Shown here: piece by piece, positions 25,080-38,527 of the stretch
Layout of the letters: every line of letters starts with the position of its first letter
Position numbering within the stretch: the first letter of the stretch is position 1
Assembly (NCBI GenBank): GCA_047495785.1
Contig: JBLDXI010000009.1
Span: 3,410,001-3,474,000, forward strand
Source: Lepidodermella squamata
Lineage: Eukaryota > Animalia > Gastrotricha
Reading direction: 5' to 3'
DNA length: 64,000 nucleotides
Translations under genes and position numbers: made by a program
Notes under the pieces: model-generated
The model's input: the letters and a program-made list of their open reading frames with translations, nothing else
Told to the model about the DNA's origin: nothing
Database searches by the model: none

Positions 25080-27529
25080 CTGATCATTCGATCAACCCTA
25101 CTGAGCTGACTCTGGCCTACGTGAACCGGAATCATTACTGGGCGCTGAAAAGAAAAGCACCCGAACGGCCTCGATCGGTCCGATTTCAGCCAAAGCCACT
25201 CAAATTGCCGCAGAAGTCGCTTGTAAGAAAAAGCGAGTCGCAAAAGATTAAGCCAAAGTTCTTGCTATGCCTCATAACCAGCTATTTGGTGTTTTGACCA
25301 TTCCTATTATTTTCGAGTTTCAACAATAAATTCTCCACCATGTGTATGAAAACCTATCGTTAAAAGTCCTTCTTTGAGAAATATTGTGTTATCAGATAGG
25401 TATCATCAGTTGCCGAAACTAAGTTGACAGCGAAAAGTGTGGGTGATTGAAGTTTAAGATAATCACAAGGTTAGATTTTCTATCAAAAACGTGAAAAAGC
25501 CCTCCTAAATGGGTGTCCAGAATTGTAGCCTTGTCCAAAATTGTACCGCCTACCCTGCCTACTTTGCTCGCATGCCACGCAATAACCGCTCTATAGAAGC
25601 TCGCGAGCGTCTGGGAATTTCATCTTCTAGTCGAGATCTTCAAGCTGTCGCTTTTTACACACGTAGCTGCTATAGTAAAGGCGGGGCGACGTCTCAAAAT
25701 TGGCAATTTTCGCTGTTTTTTCCGGATTTTGTATAAAATCAACCATGATGGTTGCAGTCTCAACAAAACATTTGGTGGTAGCAATCAGTGCTGAGTATTT
25801 TTAGAAAAATTCCCAGGTCTGAATTCCTTTTAGTTCTTGAGATGAAGCGTTGTGCGTGAATTGTTCAAAATTGTACCTGTATAAAATCGTACCATTTTAC
25901 GGTACTGTGTAAAATTCGAAAAAATCCTGCCCAATGGAAAATCTCAGTTTTTGGCGATTTCTTTTAAAGCTTCAAATTTTTACCAACGAGTGCACACTCC
26001 GATCACTCCGTTCTCTATGCATTTTCAGTACTGATTTCAGGTCACCTAGTCTTGGTACATTCAATGCAAGGTCTGCTAGGACCACGTCAGGGTATGTTTT
26101 TCGGAGCGAGTCGTTTCGATATTGAAACATGAAGACGTAAGTGCCAACGAGATTGAAACTGTTGTTCAAATAAGCCCCAACATCAACTGCGTCGCTCAGG
26201 ATGGGTATTTTTATTTCAAAAAACCGCAAATCTCCATCGAATAAGCCAGTTCCCCATCTCGCCTTTGCCCCAGCTCTGGCTAGCTTTAGTCGGTCTTTCA
26301 AAATATATTGAAATTCAACCGAAATTCCGCCAGCTTCAAAAATGACTCGATCGTCTTTGGAAATCAGAAAAACGGGGTCACAGAAAGCTGTTTCATTCTC
26401 AGGACATCATATAATATTCTCCAGCTGAGCAGTTGGAATTCGACATTTCAAATTAATATTGAATTCAGGGGCAAAATTTGGCAGGTTAACCGCGATTTTC
26501 TTGGCGCCGGGTATCACATTGCCATTTATTTCAACCGAACAGTCGATATCTAGCGTTTTGTTGTAGCGATATGGTGGCAGAACAGATTTTTTCGGGCATA
26601 TATCGTCCCGATATCGAAGTGATGCATCAACTGGCCGACAAAACACACCGCATTGTTCATATTTTCGAAATTCAGGTCCGAATAGAAAATAAGGCAGGCA
26701 TTCATCGGATTCGCAGAACTTGCGACCCTCTTCAATCACATTGTCCCAATTTAGGCCAGACCAATTGCCATAGGAATGAGATAATTCGTAAATAAGTTTA
26801 TGGCTGATCAAACCGCCTTTCGAACCATCTCGGTTCAGGTAATAGTTTTTCATCGTGTAATCTTCTTCGTATCGATGCAAGAAACCACGAGCCCGAGTTG
26901 GGTAAATACTGACAGGACACGCCGTTTTTATGCTGAAATTCAACCCAGGCGTGTTTGGAAAATGATTGCCAATAGCCAATAAAACATCCGGTAAACCGCG
27001 ACGCTTCGGCCCGAAAGATAGCATCGAGCTGTTGAAAGTTGTTTTCCAACGTAATTTCACGGTGTTTTTCGTTATTTCCGCATCAGTGCAACTCTGATAA
27101 TCGACTCCATTTTCGTAAAATAGCCATATCGGAATTTCGGCATTCAAAAACCCTTCAGCTAGGTTGAAGGCGATATCAGGCATTTCTGGATAGACCGAAG
27201 TGGCATTCTTTCGAGTCCTTTCTCCGCCAACATCGAAGCTAAACCTTATCGGACGGTCATCCGGTTGAAAAGCTGTGAATATCGGCTGGTCTAATCCTTG
27301 ATCGATGAAGCAATCTTCCGATTTGACGCGAAGCGAAGCGAAACCGCCGGGTTCTCGGTCACTCAGCCTTACCAACATGTCGACATCAAATATCCCAAAC
27401 CCATTTTTTGAATCATAGCCATAGGAGAAAGCCGCCAGAATTGAGCAAAAAATAAATTCAGCATAAAAAGACATCACAAACTCTAAAATTTAAACAATTT
27501 AAAACTCCACTCTCATTTCATTAAAAAAA

Positions 27530-30500
27530 TCACAAAATATTACACAAGAGAATGAAACAATAGAAAATGATAGAAAATGATAGATTATGAATATCAGAAG
27601 CCACCGAGTCCATTTGCTGGACGGTTTTATCATCAGAACGAAGGTTTAGCGAAACCGCGTCAGATTCGTAGGTAGTAGGAATGTAACGAAAAATAATAAA
27701 TAAATTGGCAAATTTCAGCAATTCATGCTTCAATTCGATGGAGACCTCAAGAACCGTATCAGAGTTTAAAGCGGTATGATTTACATCGAGATACGCTGGG
27801 CTGTGGGACAACGGCCAACTCCTGAAAAGCAACCGGCTTCGAGCGACATTCATCACAGATATCAGAGGATTGCAAATTTGCAAATTCGCACAATACCCGA
27901 TATTGCGCCCGACTTTGGACAAAAAACACTGAATCGTCAGCGATCGAACATCTTCAATTTTTTCTGGGTAATCGGCGAAAAATATCGAATAATGAGGCGG
28001 GTCAACATCGATTATTTCTTCGGAGTTGAGAATGATTTTACAAGGCGGCGGGGTGAAAATTTTGACAATGTGGATCTCGTTCTCCTTTCTCGTCGGTCCA
28101 AGAAGAATGAGGCGTGGGTCAGTTTCGTCCTTCAGTTCACCCAATTGGAGCTTGAAAGGCGCAATACGCCCCGAGGGTAGAAATGAGACGTTGAGCAGCT
28201 TATCCATTCCAGTCTTCGGAAATCTAACTCGCCAGGTCCAATGCGGGCAGCAGAATGGGCCAAGGGAGATGGAATCAGCAGGCTCAATATCGTAAATGAA
28301 GCCGTTCTCTTTTTCAATATGATTCAGCGTTATAATGAAAAAATTCGAGCCATATTTCTCAGTGGGCGGCAAATTTGGCGATAATTTCCGAAAATGATAG
28401 GCAAAATACGGGGAATTACCGCAATTTTTGACAATATCTTTCTCAGAGCAAGCGCAATTTTTCTGATTTTCAAAAAACTCGCAATTTGAAGACAGATCAG
28501 CAGCTTTTTGCCAGTAATTGAACCCGAAGCAATTCAAGTTTTTGTCACATTCTTCCTTACAAAATTCGATGAAAGTCGAGTTGATAAGTAGGGTCGTTGT
28601 GCTCTTGTAAGATTTGCATCGATTACACAATCCGATAAAACGTGTATATCGACCACCCAGGCTTTCATCCAGCCAGTTATCGCAAGATGGTATATCACAG
28701 AAATCTTTGACTGGATTTGCAAAACCAGGCGGCTTCACGAGGCAAAACGGGGCGTTTACTCTGAATCCAGGCAAAGCTCTGCAGAAATAAGCATTCTTTT
28801 TATCGGGAAGAGGTTTGCCTTGAAATGAATTCGGATGACTCAGCCAGTATTGACACGGTAAGTTGTAACAGGCGGACTTTTTCGCGTATCCGATGTAATT
28901 TTGACTTCTATCAGGATGGTAACAATTTATCGAAATATCACGGCGGTATTTCGACGGAGCCACTTTGACTTCAACACCGAAATTTAGCTCTTGAACAATT
29001 GTGAAAGTGTCACCGATCACCACTCTGAACTTGTATAGTCCAGCTATTGATCGGCGTAAATTTTGCAGATCTTCGAAAAATTCGAAATAAGGCACGAATT
29101 TCATTGAGACATTGAATGAGTTGTCATTATTCATCTCAGCCGAAAATTTGATTGGAGATCTTGTGTCGCCTCGGCTTTCGAAATCAAGCTTGAACTCGCG
29201 TCTTTTAATGAAATCATGCACTTGAGAAATTACACTGATATCAACTGGATAGCAAAGTGTAGAAATTTTCGATGAGCAAAGAACCGCGTTAACTGGAATT
29301 AATTTGAAATAAACATCGATAGAAAGAACTGATCCAGGCTCGATTCGCAATTCAAAATGAAAATTATCAGAAGCCAGTGGTTTCGATTGAAGTGGTGGCA
29401 CTTTCTCGGCATATTTTATCCAAAGTGACGCATCAAATAGATGGCTTGATTCAGCCAAGGGCAAATCTTTCTCCAGATTTACGAATACATCAGTCGAAGT
29501 TCGCAGGCTAGAAAAAACTGGCATCGGTATGAAATGCATTTGGAAATCGAATTCAAGCGAGGTGTTAGCCGGCAGAAAGATGAAAGCTGATAAAACCTTG
29601 GTATCTTGGCGAAAATAAGTTCGAAATTTGATAGGAACCGCTTCGCCATTTTTACCCCTCACAACGAACATGGGATTGCAAACTTGAAATTCTCCGCACA
29701 TTTCAACTTTTCTAGTTCCAACATAGCACGCCCATGTGATCACAATAAATTTTTCATGAGGGTTAACGCGGAATTTGAGCTCGAAAACACCCTCATCTCG
29801 CATAACAAAGGTATTGTTGAAAAAAAGACGACATCTCAGTCGTTCATGGACTGTAACTTGGTGATATTCGTTGCTGCCGTTGAACAGGCACCGATAAATG
29901 CCGGAATCAGATGACTGTAACAATTCAGCTTCTCGCTTGAAGATATTGACGGGACGCTGCGTTTTAGCAAAGTTGAGGTAGGAGCCTCGTTGGAAAGACA
30001 TGCCGACGTCCGAGCGATATCTTGCGATAGCTAAAATAGTGAATACATCAAAAATATAAGAACCGCTTTAAAAAAGATGGTATAAATTCATTAAATAATC
30101 AAGCTGAACGGATCCCTGAAGTACCTCGCTATCAACAATAAGAAATCGATCTACTTTCATAAAGATGAAGCTCGGGCAGAATGAACTCGAGCGAATCTTC
30201 CGCCGGGCGTGTGAAGAAGCTGGAATGATCAAATACTTGACAAATCATTCTGCTCGGAAGTTCGAGGCTGAGACCCTCAAAATGATGCGCTCTGACGATC
30301 GAAAGGTTCAGCTGCACCTAGGGCAGTCGGTTCAAATTGCTCTGCAAGCTTATGATCGCCTACGACTGGAAGAACAACGCGCGATGTCGAAGGCGATCAC
30401 CGACCGGCTCAACAGATGCGCCGAAGTCGCATTTTCCCACGTTCGAAGAGAGCTCGAACCGCCGTCGCCAGTCGCACCTGTAGCTGCCTCGGAAGACAAT

Positions 30501-33500
30501 CGTGTCGTACAAGCTGCTGAAGTGACAATCAATACGGCTCCTGAATTGGCTCCAGAAGTGGCTGTCGGAATGGCTCCTGAAATGGCCGTCAGTGCTCCAC
30601 CACAACCTGGTCACCTGAATGCGAAAACAGCCGGTGCTGAAGTCGCTGCCTCAACAAGAGCTGCTTTCCCCGCTTTCCCTGCCCTCTTCAATTGCTCGAA
30701 TATATCTAGCAATCACCATCAACTACAACAAGTAGGCTGCTCATGAGAGAGTCTGAGGAAGCCCTTTTCGCGCAATGAATAGGAGTCTCAAAAAAATAGG
30801 ATTGGTCAAATTACAATACACAAATATTTATGAAGGACCCCCGAAAGTTGGGAGACCGGCGAAAGCAGCGGTCGTGATAAGGGTTGAAACTAAGGAAGTA
30901 GCTGATTGGGAACTGACGCAAATAGCAGCGCGAGATCGCAACGAATGGCAAATGCTAACTTTAACAATAGCGAATTTCGAATTTCATGCGAAAAGCAGGC
31001 TCTTCACGAATGTGACCGATGGCGGCACCCCATGATCGCTGATCGTCACCCTCCCCTAAACCTTTGCGGTAAAACGGTTCCTCTTGCTGTGCGAATATTA
31101 CCATCACAAGCCAACAATGGACCAGCGGAGGAGGAAAAATAAAACTTTTCATTGTTTCATTGAAATCCAAAACATCTTTAAAACTAAGAAAGTTTTGGAG
31201 CTAAGGAACCTTAACTGCCTCTCATCAAGATCTGCGATGCCTGTCAAGACTACGTCATTCCAGAACGTTCCAGGTTAAAAGCCTTCCGTGTTCCAGAACC
31301 TTCTATATTGTTGTAGATCTTTTAAGCTTATTTATAGATTCAGTTTGTTTTATTAAATGTTCCTGTTCAGTAATAGATTCAATACTTAGTGAACTTGCGA
31401 AGGGCCCGCGGGAGCTTGTACGAGCTGAAGAGTCTTCAGTGCTACTACCAGCCAATTTCTCGGAACTTAAAAGATCAATCGCGCAGAAAATCTCTTGTTT
31501 CGACTCACACGCTCTCAGCGTCGAGTCCAGAAAAATAATTCAAGAGACAGGCCATAAATCAATCAACTCCCTAAATAGCTACAACAAACTGAGCTTCAAG
31601 AAGCAGCGACTGCCCTTCAACCAGAACGTGCTGAGAAAGCCGCGGAACACTGAGGAACCATCAGTGTCACAAAAATTCGGAAAGCGGCCTAGGCCATGGA
31701 AGGCGAACGCGACACCTGAGTTTCAAAAGTTCCTTGATGCTTCCCATACTATCGCTGATTTCAAATTCGGAATTTTAAACTCACGGTCTCACCTGGAAAC
31801 AATTCGATTCGCTCTTTACACCATATATATTGGAGGCTAGAAACCCTTTCAACTAAGGAGCCTATGCAAATTCGCCGCTGTGATGAGAACCATGCAAGAG
31901 GTCACCGAAAACCGCATATGCTTCGAGTTGGTTAAATCCAACCTTTTCCGCACCCGCAAAGCTCTGAAATAGACGTTGCGCAAGGGAAATTAGTCGAAAG
32001 CGACGAAATATGAGGAGAACTCGGAATAGGGAACGTATTACTCCACGGCTAAATTTCAATCAATCGGCTAAATGAGCCGGGTATTCAAATTCTTACATGT
32101 ACAACATTTTATCGGATTACAGTATGTGAGACCTGAATAATGAGAAATAAAAAACGCTCACCTAGAAATGAGTTCTGCGAGCCGTCGAATTTTTCCCATC
32201 TTACTTGGGGAAGAAATTCACGAGCGAGATATTCCGCATTCTTACAGCCGATAGTTATATCGCGAGCACCTTCTTCAAATTCATGCACGGTGTAAGACCC
32301 AACAAGCGCAACGTCAACCTCCTTCACTGGATCCCGATGGCTTTTCTTTCGATAGTATCGTTCCGGTTCACGGCTGCTGCATGTCGGGAACGAATAGCAA
32401 TCGCATGCTTTGAAACTGCACTTCACACCGGTTTTTGCAGAAACATCGACCACAAAGCCCAGGCATTCGTCCGAGGCATCGCAATAATCAGCGCACCTAT
32501 ATTAAATTACAGCTAGGTAAATTTATGTGGCTTTGAGATTTCATAAGCTTACGAATTCACCGAGGTGAAGCCATGACCGATTGAGAGAGCCAAATATGCG
32601 ATTTTAATCTTTTTCATGGCCTTCAAACACTGCTCACGCCTCGATTCTATGGCGTAGCAGTTGGTAAATTCACTGAGAGGTCTCTCTATCGTAACAACGT
32701 GGCGACAGTCGCATGGCGAAAAGAATCGATCATAGCGCCGTAAAACCGATTCTTCGACTGATTTTTCAGAAATTATCTAAAAATGGATTTGAGAAGAAAA
32801 CAAAACTTACTATCGTCGCACATAGGTACGTGGCAATAGCCCCAGTCGCCATTTCCCCAGTCGGGCTCATCGCCAAGCGGGCAGTGAAGCGTAACCGATT
32901 TGCTTGGATTTCGACACAGGTTTTTAGCCGCTTTTCCAGCACGATCAAACACTGCTTCAGGAAACGATTCATCACTAAGCGAACAAAACGCTTATCGGTA
33001 GTAGTATACAAACATATCAAGTTATTACGAAAATCCCTCGACGTAAATTGAATTGCTGCTGTTCCATGAACCACATGTCTCATTGCAAATTGTTGTCGCC
33101 ATTGGTCCGACATATTCAGTTCCGGGATAAGTTCTTCGGCAAGTTGTTTCGAAAGCTAAAAGGTTAACAAATGGCATAATTTAATTTTGTATCCATTTTT
33201 CATAATTTTTCATTCCAAGGTTTTCTGAAAAATAATCACTACGCCATTAACGCCTGGCTCGATCTACGATTCAAGTAAATGGTGACCTCGGAGGACTCGG
33301 AGAAGAAGTCGCCCCTCTTCACAGTGATCTTGGATTTTTTTATGACCTCGATATTTTTTATAGTTTGGTTTTAGCTTTAATCAGAGCAAACTGGCTGATG
33401 ACACGTAAAGCTACAGCCGATTGAAAGCGGCAACTGTCTACTCCGGAAAGTCGCAGAGCAAATCTTTGTTCAAAAAGATAAAGCTTTATCGAGCATACGA

Positions 33501-36457
33501 AGAAGCATGCATGGATAAAAAATTAAAACTACAACCATTCAAAATGAAATTGACAATTAAACATGTCCCCAATCAAAGTCATTACTTGTTTGAATATCAA
33601 AATTGGAAGATGAACTTACAATTTTTGCGTGGCATCTTTATACGCACATCGAGGTATGGAATTCCATCGGATGAATGTCCAAAATATTCGCCAGTATGAT
33701 AAAATCTGACCGTAAACCGCTTCGATAATATTTCAGCAAAATCGTCCGACTCAAATTTTCGGAGTATTGCCTCGTACATGGAAGAATTAGGGAAAAATGA
33801 GATGAAAACCTTGACATTGTGCCGCTCGACAGCAGCTGAAACGTTGAGAGCATACGCAATATCATGGTCCTCTGGGGTAATAAATCCCTCAATTGAAGTG
33901 AATATAACCAATCTTTCAGCCGAGGTCATAGCGAGAACTGAAACAATTGGGTCGCAAATCGACCCATTTCCAGGGCAAATCGCAATAGGAAGACGACGAT
34001 TCAAGGTGCAGACATAAGTCACATTGAGCTGATTAGGCCCGGAAAATTCCAGACTAACATTTTCGCCGGATCCAAAAGCGGCATTTTCGCCAATGACAAT
34101 TTTACAAGTGTCTTCAACCATCGCGCTTTCTACGGCTACTTCGTAATTATCGAAACCATCGTCGATTAGAGAGAAAGAATCGAATTCTGTAGCTATGAAA
34201 TCCGAATCTTGCGGCCAATAATATGCGATAAGAGTGTATTCAACAGTTGCGTTCAACTCTGGTTTCAATCGAGTTGAAAATCCAACGACAGGCAACAAAT
34301 TTCTCGGAATATATCTGCCGGATGAATCCGGATTCGGGCAGCTAGAAAGAACTTCCTGCCTCCCTTTGAATAATTTAAAAATAGGATGGCATAATTGATG
34401 ATTTTCGGAAAGAATAGCCGCATTTTTGCCGTAACATCGCATTGCAACTACAATGTTTCCAAGGTAAAATGGCGGAATGATAATCCGGGCGCCGTAGCTC
34501 GTGAGTTGATAGAAATCGTAGGCCGATTGTCCGCGGTCGATTGAAAAGTCGCAGAATCTAGCACCGTTTTCGAATTTCACAGCATGATACTCAGACCGTT
34601 TAGACACTGAATTGAAGCATCGATATAACCCAGAGTTATCAGCGCCGTAAGACTTCAATCGGAGGACGTAATTCTCACCGGTAAACGAGTCCGAGACATG
34701 GTCTATAAAAGATTCCATCTCCGCTGACCTAATAGCTGCGTCAATATAGCTGATTTCCCCTAAAAGATTAACAAAGTAGGTAAATAAAAGTTTCAATAGA
34801 AACTTCAAAAAATACATTTCGAGAGAAAGTTTCCGCCTATCAATTTCTCCCAGTAGAAATTTTCGGGCCGACCCAAGTCGAAAATTCCGCATTTTAGCTC
34901 AACGGATTTTTGGCCGATTCCAAACCGATGCTCATAGAATGAAGTTCGGCCCTTGGAATCTGCTGTTTTCATAAAATCAATACATATATATGCTAATAGT
35001 GACTATTTACAATGCGTACCTGGTTCTTTTCCCACAACGATGTTCGACACGATAGAATAACGGTAGATTTTTCGAAGAGATTCGTTGCGATACCGGAATC
35101 CGACATGATAGAGGCCGTTTAGCTCAAATTGCTTGGCTATGTGCGCTGTGAACTTTGAATTTTCACTGAAAACAGGCAAGTAGACATCGAAAAATCGCAG
35201 TTCACTCGCATTTCTAGCAGTAACATTAGCCCCGGAATCAATTAGCTCCGGCTCATCGTAGACAATTGTTGAAAAATTATTTCTATCAGAAGAAATTCCG
35301 TAGGCTAGAAAAATGGCCAGATCTTCCTTCCATAGAACAAAACTTGGGTCGCAAATCGATTTCGAATCTTCAGAACAAAACACAATTTTTGACATTGCAG
35401 CAAGTGGAACATGACATCGTGCGAAGATTTCGAACTTTTCCGCAAAGCTAGACAAATGTAACCAGAGCTTTTTCGCATCTGGAATAGGATAGCCATTGAT
35501 TGAGATAGAGCAATCGATTTCAAGCGTAACGTTGTAGCGATAATAGGGCAAGGGAATTAACGATTTTTTAGGGCAAATATCCTCTCGATATCGAAGGGAT
35601 TTATCCACCGGGCGACAAAAAATACCGCATTGTTCGTATATTCTGAATTCCCGGCCGGCTAAAAAGTACGGCAAACACAGATCGGACTCGCAGAATTTAT
35701 GCCCTTCCTTGATAACTTGATCCCAAGTCACACCGGACCAGTTTCCAACTTCGCTTGACGATATCTCGTATATCAGTTTATGGCCACTAGAAACCTTCGA
35801 ACCATCAGAATTCGAGATACGATAATTTTTGATAGTGTAGTCATCCTTATAACGATAGGTGATGTCATGAACTCGAGAAGCATTTATGGAGACCGGGCAA
35901 GCAGCTTTTATGCTGAAATTGAGCTGGGCCGAGTTGTGGAAATGAGAACCGAGATTCAGCAAGCTGCTCGGTAGAAAATCTCGCCTAGGATCTATAGTGA
36001 AAACTCGCCTGTCAAATGACGTTTTCCATGAAAGCTTCACGCTAGTTTTCGTCAGTTCAATTCGATCAGCTTCGACGCAACTTTTATAATCGACCCCATT
36101 TTCATAAAATAGCCATATCGGAACTTCAATGCTGAAAAATCCACCAGCCAAATTGAAAGCGATATCAGGCATTTCAGGGTAAATAGAAGTTGCATTTTTC
36201 CTGGTCCTTTCTCCGCCGATATCAAAACTCAAACTTGGAGGTTTGCCATCAGACGAGAAGACTGTGATTAGAGGATTATTTGCGACATTGTTGAAGCACT
36301 CTTCCTCTTTGATGCGAATTGAAGCGAATCCGTCGACATCACGGTCACTTAGCGGAACCAACATGTCGAAATCAATGATCCCAAATCCTTCCTTCTTGTC
36401 GTAGGAAATCACGGGAAATGACAGACATAGGCAACATGTCAATTTAAACAAAAACAT
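27530..36457 (-). CDS. Array gene G4: intact Ig/kringle/PAN GPI-anchored protein, ~2018 aa
   Basis: Exons 36457-35020, 34962-34816, 34759-33620, 33155-33029, 32974-32811, 32757-32553, 32496-32162, 30030-27530 (6057 nt). Signal peptide, Ig motif DSGIYRC, kringle CRNP...WGYCHVPMC, PAN CADYCD..CLGF, hydrophobic C-terminal tail. Confidence 0.88.
30120..30746 (+). mobile_element. Crypton-type tyrosine recombinase remnant in G4 intron 7
   Basis: YLAI...KLGQNEL...AGMIKYLTNHSARK...LQAYDRL...LFNCSNI. Confidence 0.7.
30830..30965 (+). mobile_element. 3' end fragment of an RTE-like LINE
   Basis: GRPAK...W...AARDRNEWQMLT resembles the GRP...W...A.DR..W C-terminal motif of RTE-clade ORFs. Confidence 0.4.
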
Positions 36458-38527
36458 GGCTTTTGCAGCCACCTATTAAACGCACAAAAACCGAGACCAA
36501 TTCATTTTTATATAGCAATTTAAACAAGATAAATAACCAAAATCGAGACAAACTACAAAATAGCGACGCAGATGAAGCAGACAGCCCATGTCGCCGAAAA
36601 AGAAACCAGCGTGTTACCACCGTTATCGACCTCAACGTGCTGAGGACGTTTTCGAGGTGTGGTCAAGTTCCAAGCTGTCACCGGTAGGTATCGGAAATAT
36701 ACCCAAATATCGGTGAAGGAATAATCATCATTTATCAGCTCAACAGTCAACTGAATCGCCGAGTCGGAATTATGCGCAGTGAGATTTGCCACTAGTGGAG
36801 ACGGGGCAAAAAACTTGGGCCAGTTTCGAAAATATGTAACGTTACGATATGCATTGGAAATAACTACTTGAGGGTTACATATCTGCGAATCAGCGCAGTA
36901 GCCAATTGATCGACCAACGTAAGACAAAAAACAGTGGATTACCATCCTGCGGAGGTCTTTGAGTTTTTCCGCAAATTCTGACAAGTAAACAGAGTAACGA
37001 GGTGGGTCGATATAGAGCATGGCTCCAGAATCTAAGAGAATAGCGCATTGCGGCGGGGAAACCAGCTTAATAATATTGATTTGCATCTCGCTGTTTCGAG
37101 GTCCGAGATAAACAATCCGCGATGAAGCCTTGCAGGGCCCTGCAAAAATTTCGTTCACTTTTGTCTGGCAATGTTTTATTCACAAAAAACTGTGGATGGT
37201 CCCGCCAGTTCTCGCAGGGTAAATTGTAACAGGCTGACGACTTTACAAAACCACTATAAGTTCGACTTCTGGCTGGAAAGTAGCAATCCAAAGACAGATC
37301 GCGGCGGTATTGAGAAGGAGCAACTTTCACCTCAACGCTCAGTTGAACTTGCTGAGTCCTGTAGTAAACATCTCCGATGATAACGTTGAACTTGTATAAC
37401 CCAGCCAATGACCGGCGCAAATTTTGCAGGTCTTGAAAGAACTGAAAATATGGATTGAACTTCATCGAAACATTGAACGTGCTGTCGTCAAGTCGCTCGG
37501 CCAAAAATGAAATAGGCGATTGCACATTGCCCTGACTTTGAAAATCAAGCTTGAACGTCTCCTTCTTATCCGCGTCATTGGCTTGGGAAATTACTTCGAT
37601 GTTGACTGGATAGCAAAAGCTGTGTTTTGCTGAATAGCAAATGCTTGAATGTTCTGGAACAAGTTTGAAATGAAAAATAATCGACAATATTGACCCAGGT
37701 TCTATCCGCAGTTCGAAATAAAAATCTTCAGCGCCAACAGGTTTTAGGCTGAGCTGATCCACCTTGTCGCTATAAAGAATGTAAGCGGAATAATTGAATA
37801 AATGCGTCGCTTCAGCCGGAGGTAAATTTCTGTCCAATTTTATCGAAAAATCTGTCCAATTTTTCAAGCTAGAAGCAACTCGAGGTGGGACAAAATGCAT
37901 TTGAAAAATGTAAGTGCCCGCGGTGTTGGCTGTAAGTGAAATGGCAGCAGACAAAATTCCATTCGTAGGCTTGAAGGACGTCCGCACTTCAAGCGGAACT
38001 GGTTCAAAGGTCCTAGAATCTTTGAGCAGAAATACAGGGTTGCAAACTCGAGATCCGCACATTTCAATGTTTCGGCTAGATGCATTGCATGCCCAAATGA
38101 GTTCGACCATACTGGAAGTTTGACCCCAATAGAAACGAACCTCGTGCATGATTCTCGACTTTCTCGTGATGAAAGTGCCGTTGAAAAGTACGTGGCATTC
38201 AAAGCGTTCGCGAACTGTAACCTGATGATATTCGGCACTTCCATTGAAAAGGCAACGGTACAGCCCCGAGTGTTTCACTTGCAATATATCAGGATACGGT
38301 TTGACCTGACCCACAGGCCAATCGTCAGCGAAGTTTAGATAAGCCCCTCGTTGGTATGCAATGCCGCTCTTCCATTGACGGGTCGGGAGAACTAAAAAAA
38401 GCAAAAAACAGGGTGAATATATGTTTACCACTAAAATGAGTGTTCCAGGTTCCAGCGCTGCGTCCTGCCTCTTTATTTCTGCGATTTCGGCTTTTTTCTT
38501 TGGTCATCCTGCGTAAAACTGCGATTA

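Larger units (their letters stand above)
21374..25883 (+). mobile_element. Pogo-like transposon remnant, copy 2 (DDE_1 plus OTU), in G5 intron 1
   Basis: DDE_1 motifs TGWVNSEVF and (D)GHGPH...FPPGMTDSLQMMDLSCFGPAK, with a 53-nt intron-like segment at 21611-21663. OTU DGNCLFRALS at 22082, completed by LAYVNRNHYWAL at ~25110. TGTCCAAAATTGTACCGC near 25532-25549 is the inverse of the copy-1 left end; a related motif lies at 25862-25880. Confidence 0.78.
15489..27474 (-). pseudogene. Array gene G5: Ig/kringle/PAN GPI-anchored protein (~2030 codons) with an in-frame TGA in exon 1
   Basis: Exons 27474-26046, 20473-20327, 20274-19117, 19066-18940, 18885-18722, 18668-18464, 18407-18076, 18025-15489. 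TGA at 26409-26407, after which the frame continues CPENETAFCDP. A conserved PAN Cys is replaced by Tyr (YADYCD). Intron 1 is 5.6 kb and TE-filled. Confidence 0.82.

Noticed and set aside
26407-26409. Selenocysteine recoding of the G5 TGA
   Set aside because: The TGA aligns with a variable residue (L/F/P/R) one position before the conserved Cys, and the 24-bp spacer after G5 leaves no room for a 3'UTR SECIS.
31439-31840. 133-aa ORF in G4 intron 7, and similar ORFs at 20619-21166, 33421-33699 and 48162-48427
   Set aside because: No recognisable motifs; probably decayed TE sequence that cannot be assigned without a search.
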